Virus record (IMG/VR): IMGVR_UViG_3300037631_000018
Location: 1-31,144 of that record
Strand: one strand, 5' to 3'
Length of the DNA: 31,144 nucleotides
Source of the DNA: a virus
Lineage: Duplodnaviria; Caudoviricetes
The position numbers and the translations under genes were made by a program. Numbering within the stretch: the stretch's first letter is position 1; each line of letters begins with the position of its first letter. Of the stretch, positions 1 through 8,278 are shown in pieces. The notes under the pieces were generated by a model. It worked only from the letters and a program-made list of their open reading frames with translations. It ran no database searches and was not told the origin of the DNA.

Positions 1-2
1 AC

Positions 3-1298
3 CTGTGCGCGGCAAAGGTACGCGAGGTCAAGACCAAAGGCTTCATGTCTATGGGGGACGTAAGCAACGTCGGATTCTTCGGACAACAACAGTGTAACAG
101 GGACACCTACATCACGATTACTGAGGGCGAATTGGACGCCTTGGCAATCTATGAGATGTCCGGTAAACAGTGGGACGTGGTTTCACTTCGGTCGGGCGCA
201 GGTAACGCCGCCAAGGAAATCAAGGCCCAACTGGAGTGGCTCGAAGGGTACGACACAGTGGTACTCTGCTTTGATAACGACAAGGCAGGAGACGAAGCAG
301 TTGAACAAGTTAAAGACCTCTTCAGCCCTGATAAGCTAAAGATATGTAAGCTACCCCTAAAGGACGCCAGTGACATGCTCATGGCAAACAGGGTCAAGGA
401 CTTTACGCAACACTGGTGGAACGCGAAGGTCTACAGACCCGACGGTATCGTCGCTGGTACTGACACATGGGACAAACTGGTAGAAAAGAGAAATGTCAAG
501 TCAATACCTTATCCATGGGAAGGCCTAAATCATATCACAAGAGGACACAGGCCCTATGAACTCGTTACGATCACTAGCGGCAGTGGTATGGGAAAGTCCC
601 AATTTATCAGAGAAATCGAGTATGATCTTCTACGCCGATGCGAGGGCAATATTGGAGTCTTGGCGCTTGAGGAGGATTTGGCCCGAACAACGCTTGGTAT
701 CATGTCGGTGGCGGCAAACAGGCCCCTTCACTTGGAAGAGGACACGCCTGTGGACGAACTTCGACCGTTTTGGGAGACCACACTGGGAACAGGACGTTAC
801 TACCTATTTGACCATTGGGGGTCAACGTCGGCTGATAATCTCCTCGCCCGTGTTCGCTACATGGCAAAAGCACTTGACTGCAGGTACGTCATACTGGACC
901 ACCTGTCCATCGTCGTCAGTTCTCAGGAGTCAGGGGATGAACGGAAGGCCATTGACGAAATCATGACCAAGCTGCGGACTCTGGTGGCTGAGACGGGGAT
1001 TTGTTTGTTCCTCGTGTCACACCTCCGTAGATCCCAAGGCAAGGCCCATGAAGACGGTGCTCAGATATCCTTAGGTGAACTTAGGGGGTCTCAGGCCATC
1101 GCTCAGTTGTCAGACATAGTCATCGGCATGGAACGGGATCAGCAACACGAGAACGAGGATGTCCGTAACACAACCACAGTCCGCGTGTTGAAGAACAGGT
1201 ATACCGGTGAAACCGGACCTGCCTGTTGGCTGGCTTATGATCGTTCCACAGGTCGTCTGTCGGAAGTCGCTAATCCACACATAGGGGACGACTTTTGA
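3..1298 (+). CDS. T7 gp4-like DNA primase-helicase (TOPRIM + SF4 helicase), 5'-truncated by window edge
   Basis: Frame is open from nt 3 (LCAAKVREVKTKGF...), upstream of the listed Met45. TOPRIM motifs ITEGELDALA, LCFDNDKAG, LPLKDASDML; Walker A SGSGMGKS; Walker B VILDHL; DnaB-like VSHLRR, LRGS..I.Q.SD, KNRYTG. Confidence 0.95.
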   Translation: MCAAKVREVKTKGFMSMGDVSNVGFFGQQQCNRDTYITITEGELDALAIYEMSGKQWDVVSLRSGAGNAAKEIKAQLEWLEGYDTVVLCFDNDKAGDEAVEQVKDLFSPDKLKICKLPLKDASDMLMANRVKDFTQHWWNAKVYRPDGIVAGTDTWDKLVEKRNVKSIPYPWEGLNHITRGHRPYELVTITSGSGMGKSQFIREIEYDLLRRCEGNIGVLALEEDLARTTLGIMSVAANRPLHLEEDTPVDELRPFWETTLGTGRYYLFDHWGSTSADNLLARVRYMAKALDCRYVILDHLSIVVSSQESGDERKAIDEIMTKLRTLVAETGICLFLVSHLRRSQGKAHEDGAQISLGELRGSQAIAQLSDIVIGMERDQQHENEDVRNTTTVRVLKNRYTGETGPACWLAYDRSTGRLSEVANPHIGDDF

Positions 1299-2926
1299 TT
1301 TACCTTGACTTGGAAGCCGACGGTCTTAACCCCACGCGCATCTGGTGTGTTGTGACACGGGAAAACGGAGTAAACACCGTACATACTACCCATGACACCC
1401 TCTGTAAGGCTCTAGAAGGCTCTGTGAGCGTTTGTGGACACAACCTGATAGGTTATGACCTGCCAGTGCTAAAACGTCTCTGGGGCGTTTCTGTGGCCCC
1501 TGAGCGCATAGTCGATACTCTGGTGTTGTCACGCTTGTACGACCCAAGCAGACCCGGTGGACACTCTCTGAAGGTCTGGGGTGAGCTTCTGGGCTTCCCC
1601 AAAGGTGACCACGATGATTGGTCCTGCTTATCTACTGCTATGATTGAGTACTGTGAGCGTGACACAGAGGTCACAGAGGCCGTACACAAGCAGTTAGTTA
1701 GGGACATGGCAGGGTTCGACCAGCGGTCAATTGACTTGGAACATAAGGTGCAGTACGCCGTACAACAACAGGAGCGCAACGGATGGGTACTAGACCAGAA
1801 GCTTTCCCATGAACTTTTAGCAACATTTAAGGAGAGAATGAATGAAATCGAAGAAGTACTACAGGATAAGTTCCCGCCGATCATTCACGAAAGATGGTCT
1901 GAAAAGACTGGTAAACGACTTAAGGACAGAGTTGAGGTTTTCAATGTTGGTTCTAGGCAACAGATTGCGAGGCGCTTATCAACGCTTGGTGTCGTCTTTG
2001 AGAAAGTCACGGAGAAAGGGAATCCCATCGTTGACGAGGCTGTTCTAGACACCATTGACCTGCCAGAGGCTAGCCTATGCAGTGAGTACCTGATGCTACA
2101 AAAGAGATATGCACAGGTCCACTCATGGCTAGAACATGTGCAGGACGACGGGAGAGTTCATGGCCGTGTCATTAGCAACGGTGCAGTCACTGGACGCATG
2201 ACCCACCAGAGTCCCAACATGGCTCAGGTCCCAGCAAGCCACAGCCCCTATGGGCATGAGTGTCGCTCCTGCTGGACTGTGCCTGAAGGGAAGGCTTTGG
2301 TTGGCTTTGACGCTTCTGGGTTGGAACTCAGAATGCTGGCACATTACATGGACGATAAGGAGTTTACCAATGTCCTCCTCACCGAAGATATACACACAAG
2401 AAATCAACTGGCTGCAGGGCTGGAAACAAGACCTCAAGCTAAAACTTTCATCTACGCTTTCCTCTACGGAGCAGGAGACGCAAAGATTGGAACCATCGTT
2501 GGAGGAAGCGCAAAGGACGGCGCAAACCTTAAGCGACGATTTCTATCAAATACACCTTCTCTTGAAAGTCTACGAGACCGCGTTGCTAGAGCATCTGGGC
2601 GAGGCTATCTCACAGGACTTGATGGACGTAGACTTAGAGTTAGATCTGAACATGCTGCACTGAACACACTACTTCAGGCGGCAGGGGCTATCGTGATGAA
2701 GCAAGCGTTGGTCATCTTGGACAACTACGCACGACAGTGGAAACTTGACTATAAATTCATAGGTAACATACATGACGAAGTACAATCGGAGGTGGCTGCA
2801 GACCAAGCAGAGAAGTATGGCTGGCTCGCAGTGGAGTGCCTCAAGGCGGCAGGTTTGGAGTACAGTCTCCGATGTCCCCTTGACGGAGAGTTCAAGGTCG
2901 GAACAACGTGGGCAGAAACTCACTGA
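1295..2926 (+). CDS. polA: Family A DNA polymerase with 3'-5' exonuclease domain
   Basis: ExoI DLEAD, ExoII GHNLIGYD, ExoIII YCERD; motif A FDASGLELR, motif B KTFIYAFLYG, motif C IHDEVQ. TTG start overlaps the helicase stop, with a GGGGA SD upstream. Confidence 0.97.
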   Translation: MIYLDLEADGLNPTRIWCVVTRENGVNTVHTTHDTLCKALEGSVSVCGHNLIGYDLPVLKRLWGVSVAPERIVDTLVLSRLYDPSRPGGHSLKVWGELLGFPKGDHDDWSCLSTAMIEYCERDTEVTEAVHKQLVRDMAGFDQRSIDLEHKVQYAVQQQERNGWVLDQKLSHELLATFKERMNEIEEVLQDKFPPIIHERWSEKTGKRLKDRVEVFNVGSRQQIARRLSTLGVVFEKVTEKGNPIVDEAVLDTIDLPEASLCSEYLMLQKRYAQVHSWLEHVQDDGRVHGRVISNGAVTGRMTHQSPNMAQVPASHSPYGHECRSCWTVPEGKALVGFDASGLELRMLAHYMDDKEFTNVLLTEDIHTRNQLAAGLETRPQAKTFIYAFLYGAGDAKIGTIVGGSAKDGANLKRRFLSNTPSLESLRDRVARASGRGYLTGLDGRRLRVRSEHAALNTLLQAAGAIVMKQALVILDNYARQWKLDYKFIGNIHDEVQSEVAADQAEKYGWLAVECLKAAGLEYSLRCPLDGEFKVGTTWAETH

Positions 2927-2935
2927 GGGAAACGT

Positions 2936-3802
2936 ATGAAAAGCGTGTACACATTAGTCTCTGACATCTACAAACTGATGGAGACAAAAGAAGCAGCAGA
3001 AGGCGTGGACATGGAAGCCAACATTGAGTTGTTCGGTGAAAACGTCAAGGAACTCATGCGTAACGAGTTTGGTGGACGTAAGCGTGACGGACGTAAGCTA
3101 CGCATGTCCAACATTGGGCGCGAGGACAGGTATCTTTGGAATGTCTACAATGACGTGGAGAAGTCTGACGACATACAGGGTCATACCTATGTCAAGTTCC
3201 TCTACGGTCACCTCATTGAAGAAATGCTATTGTTCCTAACTAGAGCCGCAGGTCATGAGGTAACGGATGAACAGAAAAAGTGTGAGGTTAATGGTATTAC
3301 AGGCTCGATGGACTGTAAAATCAACGGTATTGTTACTGACGTTAAATCTGTTTCGACTTATGGGTTTAGGAAATTCAAAGACGGCACACTGGCTTATGAC
3401 GACCCATTTGGCTACGTGGCTCAAATTAAAGGATACGCATATTCAGAGGGTGCTACTAAATTTGGATGGTTAGCCATGGACAAGCAGAATGGACACCTCA
3501 CGTACCTCATGTACGACGAGGAGGACACTCAGGCCCCTGTCTATGATCTCATAAGTTACGACATCAAGGAGCGCATTGACCACGTAAAAAAGCTAGTGGA
3601 GCATCCAACCCCACCCGACGTATGCTACGGCACTATCGCAGATGGAAAGAGTGGGAACCAGAAACTCGCCGTCGGATGCTCCTACTGTTCCTACAAGCAG
3701 GTATGTTGGCCTTCCGTTCGCGCCTTCGCCTACTCCTCAGGTCCAAGATATTTAACGGAGGTTATCAATGAGCCGAAGGTCCAAGAGATCACGCTTTCGT
3801 AG
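2936..3802 (+). CDS. PD-(D/E)XK exonuclease, Cas4/RecB-like phage family
   Basis: LRMSNIG..R..W, G.L.E, GSMD...DVKS, QxxGY and C-terminal CSYCSYKQVC; located in the replication module. Confidence 0.85.
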   Translation: MKSVYTLVSDIYKLMETKEAAEGVDMEANIELFGENVKELMRNEFGGRKRDGRKLRMSNIGREDRYLWNVYNDVEKSDDIQGHTYVKFLYGHLIEEMLLFLTRAAGHEVTDEQKKCEVNGITGSMDCKINGIVTDVKSVSTYGFRKFKDGTLAYDDPFGYVAQIKGYAYSEGATKFGWLAMDKQNGHLTYLMYDEEDTQAPVYDLISYDIKERIDHVKKLVEHPTPPDVCYGTIADGKSGNQKLAVGCSYCSYKQVCWPSVRAFAYSSGPRYLTEVINEPKVQEITLS

Positions 3803-4157
3803 CACATTTGAAGAAGACGTTTCTAAACTACTAAAGGGTTTTGACTATGAGCCGTTCACCGTCCCCTACACCATTCAGCGCAGTTATCGTCCTGATTTTG
3901 TTCACAGCGCCTCTGGTGTTCTCGTGGAGTGCAAGGGGTACTTTAGAGACGGAGACACCAAGAAGTACACCAGTGTCAGAGATAGTCTGCCAGCAGGACA
4001 AGAGCTAGTGTTTGTCCTTATGCAGCCCAACAAGAAGATACGCAAGGGGGCTAAAATGACTATGTCGGAATGGTGTGACAAAGAGAATATTTTATGGTAT
4101 ACTATAGAGACACTACAGGAGTTGATTGATTATGTCGCTAACGCTGGAGGAAATTAA
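3768..4157 (+). CDS. T7 endonuclease I-like Holliday junction resolvase
   Basis: FRSTFE...YEP...Y....YRPDF....LVECKGYF pattern typical of T7 gp3-like enzymes. Confidence 0.88.
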   Translation: MSRRSKRSRFRSTFEEDVSKLLKGFDYEPFTVPYTIQRSYRPDFVHSASGVLVECKGYFRDGDTKKYTSVRDSLPAGQELVFVLMQPNKKIRKGAKMTMSEWCDKENILWYTIETLQELIDYVANAGGN

Positions 4158-4308
4158 GGAACGCCTCTTGAAAACCATGGACCCAGACGACCTGCTGGAG
4201 GTCTTACAGGTAACCTCAGAAGAGATGCTGGACAGGTTTGAGGACAAGCTAATCAACAGACTGGATGTGTTTGAACAAGAGCTAGAGGAGGAAGAACATG
4301 AGTATTGA
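4132..4308 (+). CDS. Small acidic hypothetical protein
   Basis: AGGAG SD upstream of ATG 4132 (MSLTLEEIKERLL...); overlaps both neighbours in operon-like packing. Confidence 0.75.
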   Translation: MSLTLEEIKERLLKTMDPDDLLEVLQVTSEEMLDRFEDKLINRLDVFEQELEEEEHEY

Positions 4309-4591
4309 TGACGCGACTCCCGAAGAGTGGGACACAGTTAGAGCATTGAATAACCTGTCCATTAGGAAGCCGAAGCAGGTAGACCCTGTGGAGCAACCCG
4401 ACCACTACAACAAGGGAGCAATCGAAGCCATCGAAGCAATCAAAGCGTCCATGCCTGAACAGGAGTTCAACGGTTATCTCAAGGGTAACGCACTGAAGTA
4501 CCTCTGGCGCTATGACTACAAAGGCAAACCAGTAGAGGACTTACGTAAGTGTCGCTGGTACATTGAACGACTAATTAAGGAAATAAATTAA
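4298..4591 (+). CDS. DUF3310 / SaV-like protein (T7 gp1.7-related family)
   Basis: DPV..P.HY..G.IEAI..I....GYLKGNALKYLWRY..K....DL.K..WY signature. Confidence 0.88.
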   Translation: MSIDDATPEEWDTVRALNNLSIRKPKQVDPVEQPDHYNKGAIEAIEAIKASMPEQEFNGYLKGNALKYLWRYDYKGKPVEDLRKCRWYIERLIKEIN

Positions 4592-6462
4592 TGGACGCAT
4601 ATCAACAATACATTCACAAGTCACGGTACGCTCGTTACCTTCCAGAGGAACAGCGACGGGAGACTTGGGAAGAAACAATCGACAGGTATTTAAACTTCTG
4701 GATAGATAAAGATAAACTCACTCTGGAAGACGCCAATGGTATCTTTGCAGACATTCATAACTTGGATGTCATGCCTTCCATGAGGGCACTCATGACTGCA
4801 GGGGAGGCGTTGGACCGTGACAATGTCGCTGGCTTCAACTGCTCCTACATGCCTATCGACCATCCTAAAGCATTCGACGAGATGATGTACGTGCTTATGT
4901 GTGGCACAGGCGTAGGCTTTAGCGTAGAAAGACAGTACATTACAAAATTACCGGAGGTAGCAGAAGAGTTTCATGACACAGACACCGTTATACATGTCGC
5001 TGATTCAAAAATTGGCTGGGCTAAAGCTTACAGAGAACTTGTTAGCTTGCTCTATTCGGGTCAACTTCCGAAGTGGGACGTATCTGGAGTACGACCTGCA
5101 GGGGCATCCCTTAAGACCTTCGGAGGTCGAGCAAGTGGTCCAGAACCTCTTGTTGACCTGTTTAACTTCACCGTTGAAGTCTTTCGGGAGGCTGCTGGAC
5201 GCAAACTTAGCTCCATCGAATGTCACGATATCTGCTGTAAGATTGCACAGATCGTCGTGGTTGGGGGAGTCCGGAGAAGTGCTCTCATCAGTCTATCTAA
5301 CCTCACTGACGACCGAATCCGAAGAGCAAAGTCAGGACAGTGGTGGCAAGACAATCCTCAACGAGGACTAGCAAATAACAGCGCATGTTATACAGAAAAG
5401 CCAGACTTTGAGGCATTTTTAAATGAGTGGAAAAGTTTATACGAGTCAAGATCTGGGGAACGAGGAATGTTCTCTAGGGTTGCAAGTCAAAAGCAAGCTG
5501 CAAAGAACGAGCGACGAGATGCTACCTATGATTTTGGAACTAATCCATGTAGCGAAATTATCCTTCGACCCTACCAATTCTGTAATTTATCAGAGGTTGT
5601 TGTCAGGTCGTCCGATAGTCTCTCAGACCTCAAACGGAAAGTACGTGTTGCGTCTATCCTTGGAACTTTACAAGCTACCCTTACCAATTTCAGATACTTG
5701 AGAAAGGTGTGGCAGAACAACACAGAAGAAGAGGCCTTGTTGGGTGTTAGCTTGACAGGTATTATGGATCATCCGACATTGTCGGGAAGGAGAGACAAGG
5801 GTGTTCTCAAAACTTGGCTTACTGAACTCAAAGAAGAAGCGGTTAAAACTAATGCAGAATGGGCGAAACGTCTTGGTATTAATGTTTCTACCGCTATTAC
5901 TGCTGTTAAGCCTTCCGGCACTGTGTCTCAGCTTGTTGATTCTGCTTCTGGTATCCATCCTAGATACGCAGATCAGTACATTAGACGAGTCAGGGCGGAC
6001 TCAAGAGACCCCCTCTGCCAAGTCTTAGAGGCCGCAGGAGTGCCCGTAGAGGACGACGTAATGTCACCCACTACCAAGGTATTCTCCTTCCCTATAAAAT
6101 CCCCTGAGGGGGCTGTGGTGGCCTCTGAGATGGGTGCAATGGAACAACTTGAGCTATGGGAGATTTATCAGGACTTCTGGTGTGAGCATAAGCCGTCCAT
6201 GACATGCTACTACCGTGATGATGAATTTCTTGAGGTAGGCCAATGGTTGTACAATAAGTTCGACAAGATAAGCGGAGTTAGTTTCCTCCCTTATTCCGAA
6301 CATACGTACCAACAGGCCCCTTACGAACCCGTAGACTTAGAGACCTATGAGAAGCTGAAGAAGGAGTTTCCTGAGTCCATCGACTGGACAATCTCAGAAA
6401 ACTCTGACATGACGGAAGGGTCTCAGCAGTTAGCCTGCACCGGTAACAACTGCGAGTTGTAA
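4591..6462 (+). CDS. nrdJ: Class II (adenosylcobalamin-dependent, monomeric RTPR-type) ribonucleotide reductase
   Basis: PSMR, FNCS, GTNPCSEI (thiyl radical Cys), TAVKPSGTVSQL, C-terminal ACTGNNCEL Cys pair. GVSFLP is present where class I has its Tyr-Tyr pair, and no beta subunit is adjacent. Confidence 0.9.
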   Translation: MDAYQQYIHKSRYARYLPEEQRRETWEETIDRYLNFWIDKDKLTLEDANGIFADIHNLDVMPSMRALMTAGEALDRDNVAGFNCSYMPIDHPKAFDEMMYVLMCGTGVGFSVERQYITKLPEVAEEFHDTDTVIHVADSKIGWAKAYRELVSLLYSGQLPKWDVSGVRPAGASLKTFGGRASGPEPLVDLFNFTVEVFREAAGRKLSSIECHDICCKIAQIVVVGGVRRSALISLSNLTDDRIRRAKSGQWWQDNPQRGLANNSACYTEKPDFEAFLNEWKSLYESRSGERGMFSRVASQKQAAKNERRDATYDFGTNPCSEIILRPYQFCNLSEVVVRSSDSLSDLKRKVRVASILGTLQATLTNFRYLRKVWQNNTEEEALLGVSLTGIMDHPTLSGRRDKGVLKTWLTELKEEAVKTNAEWAKRLGINVSTAITAVKPSGTVSQLVDSASGIHPRYADQYIRRVRADSRDPLCQVLEAAGVPVEDDVMSPTTKVFSFPIKSPEGAVVASEMGAMEQLELWEIYQDFWCEHKPSMTCYYRDDEFLEVGQWLYNKFDKISGVSFLPYSEHTYQQAPYEPVDLETYEKLKKEFPESIDWTISENSDMTEGSQQLACTGNNCEL

Positions 6463-6467
6463 CTTAT

Positions 6468-6486
6468 GGGGCTTCGGCCCCTTTTT
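6468..6486 (+). terminator. Rho-independent terminator after nrdJ
   Basis: GGGGC-TTCG-GCCCC hairpin (UUCG loop) followed by TTTTT, 5 nt after the stop. Confidence 0.85.
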
Positions 6487-6500
6487 ACTTAGGTTTAATT

Positions 6501-6635
6501 ATGAACATCAAACGTGACATCGAAGTACGCATAAAAGTACTTGAAAACAAACTAACCAAGTCCATACCTGCTGCTCGCAACAACGAGATACGTGGAGAGA
6601 TCATGGGTCTAAAGTGGGTGCTAGAGCGTCTCTAG
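6501..6635 (+). CDS. 44-aa hypothetical protein (not in ORF track)
   Basis: MNIKRDIEVRIKVLENKLTKSIPAARNNEIRGEIMGLKWVLERL*; AGGT SD-like element upstream; fills the gap exactly, and its TAG overlaps the TAG of the convergent gene. Confidence 0.6.
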   Translation: MNIKRDIEVRIKVLENKLTKSIPAARNNEIRGEIMGLKWVLERL

Positions 6636-8278
6636 TCTTCCTCTTGTTGTCCTCTAGCCAGAAGTCCACCGCCTGTCGTCAACATACCAGCAGATATCAG
6701 GCGCTCTCCTTTTTGAACCTGAGGGTCTGCTTTTATACCTGCTACTGCTTTTACTAAATCCGTATAAGATTCAGTCATCTCGTCCTTTGCTGGGACTTTG
6801 GTTTTTCTAGCTAGGGCCATTGCATTGTTACTTGAAGCATCAAAGATCATAGGAGGCGTAGCGTTTACAATCCGGTTAGGTAGTGCTTTTTCTACTGCTT
6901 TACCTACAACAGGGACATTCTCAAGGAAATTGTTTTCGTCAGATACAACAGCCGTGATTCTACCTCTAGGCGTTATTTTACCTACATAGTTTACACCGCC
7001 TTCTGTAATACCTGTACCAACCATTGATCCAGTGAAGTAGAAACCTCCGTTTGCTTTTGCGTTAGCAAGTATTTCTTCGTCTGTTTTACCCATCTTAGGA
7101 TGCAACGTAAGTTTAGGACTAGACTTAAACTTCTCAAGCATTTCTTCGTTACTTACGTTCTTCTTGTTTTTAAACAAAGTAGCAAACGTGCGTACAGGCC
7201 CTTTGTGTGCAAAGTCAAACGCATGGTTTCCTGTTTGGAAAGTAGTAGGAGTTTTTACATTTATCACAGGAGACGCTGCATCGGCAAATCTCTCTGCTTT
7301 TTCTTCCTTACCTACCTTCCAGACGTTGCCTATGTGTTCTTCAAAAAAGTCAAGGTCTCTCTGAGGTGTGTTGTTTCTAGCACCTACCTGATTCACCAAG
7401 TCAGAGTAAACACCGGGACGGAAAGTAACAGTGTCGGACATGTAACTGATTCTGTCCACTGTGTCAAGTGTAGGATCAACAGGCCCTTGTCTACCTAAGC
7501 GGGTATTAGTGATAATGTTTTGTTGTCCTTGGGCGATCGCTTTAGCTAGATCTCTCTGCTCTCCTCCTGCCGCTTCTTGCGCTACTCTTATAGTTGTAGG
7601 GTTAACGCCTGTGCTGTAGTACAAAGCACGTGCGTCAGGATTCATTAGATTAAACAAACCTTCTCGTGTTCCTTCTCCAGCCCAGTTTAAAAAGTCTTGT
7701 GTCCTGATCCTACCTTGCATGACTTCTTCAGCGTTTCTAGCGTCTTTAACAGTGTTTGCCACCATGGGACCAATTTTAGGTATTCTTCTGACCTTATTAG
7801 CAAACGCTTGTGGGTCTCTGGCTATATACCTGTCAACCATATTAGGCACAGCGTCTTCAGGTATGTCAGTAGGGCCGTAAAAGTTTCTAATCAAGTTCCT
7901 AGGGGAACTCAAGAACAACCCAGCGTTTTCCTGCGCCCTGTTTAAGTTAGGAAGAGCCTCTTGTGTAATTTGAGCGCCCCTACGCATCATCCCAAGACCA
8001 CCCACAGGGACGTAGTTAGCAGGGGTAGTCAACTCTTCGGCAGCAAAGTTAAGAGGAGCCATAGCGTCAACTGTGGTTGTTTCTACAGGACCAAAAGCAT
8101 TAGGGCCTCCCCTCATTCGTTCTACGCGAACAGGAGCAGTACCAAAGGGGTCTTCAACAGCAGGATTAAGAAAAGCAGAAGTAGCCTGCTGCCTGTAGGT
8201 TTGTGCTGTAGAACCTACCCTAGAAGCGCCTTTGCGTATTGCTGCGTACTCTTCCCTTTTCTTCTGAAAATCACTCAC
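6632..8278 (-). CDS. Hypothetical protein, probable internal virion/injected protein
   Basis: 548-aa ORF, last gene of the structural arm, overlapping the upstream gene; no recognisable motif. Confidence 0.6.
   Translation of the reverse strand: MSDFQKKREEYAAIRKGASRVGSTAQTYRQQATSAFLNPAVEDPFGTAPVRVERMRGGPNAFGPVETTTVDAMAPLNFAAEELTTPANYVPVGGLGMMRRGAQITQEALPNLNRAQENAGLFLSSPRNLIRNFYGPTDIPEDAVPNMVDRYIARDPQAFANKVRRIPKIGPMVANTVKDARNAEEVMQGRIRTQDFLNWAGEGTREGLFNLMNPDARALYYSTGVNPTTIRVAQEAAGGEQRDLAKAIAQGQQNIITNTRLGRQGPVDPTLDTVDRISYMSDTVTFRPGVYSDLVNQVGARNNTPQRDLDFFEEHIGNVWKVGKEEKAERFADAASPVINVKTPTTFQTGNHAFDFAHKGPVRTFATLFKNKKNVSNEEMLEKFKSSPKLTLHPKMGKTDEEILANAKANGGFYFTGSMVGTGITEGGVNYVGKITPRGRITAVVSDENNFLENVPVVGKAVEKALPNRIVNATPPMIFDASSNNAMALARKTKVPAKDEMTESYTDLVKAVAGIKADPQVQKGERLISAGMLTTGGGLLARGQQEED

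Noticed and set aside
2936-3802. CRISPR-Cas system suggested by the Cas4-like gene
   Set aside because: No repeat-spacer array or other cas genes; solo Cas4-like nucleases are common in phage replication modules.
6461-6490. Bidirectional terminator between the two arms
   Set aside because: The hairpin has a U-tract only on the plus strand; on the minus strand it is followed by ATAAGTT.
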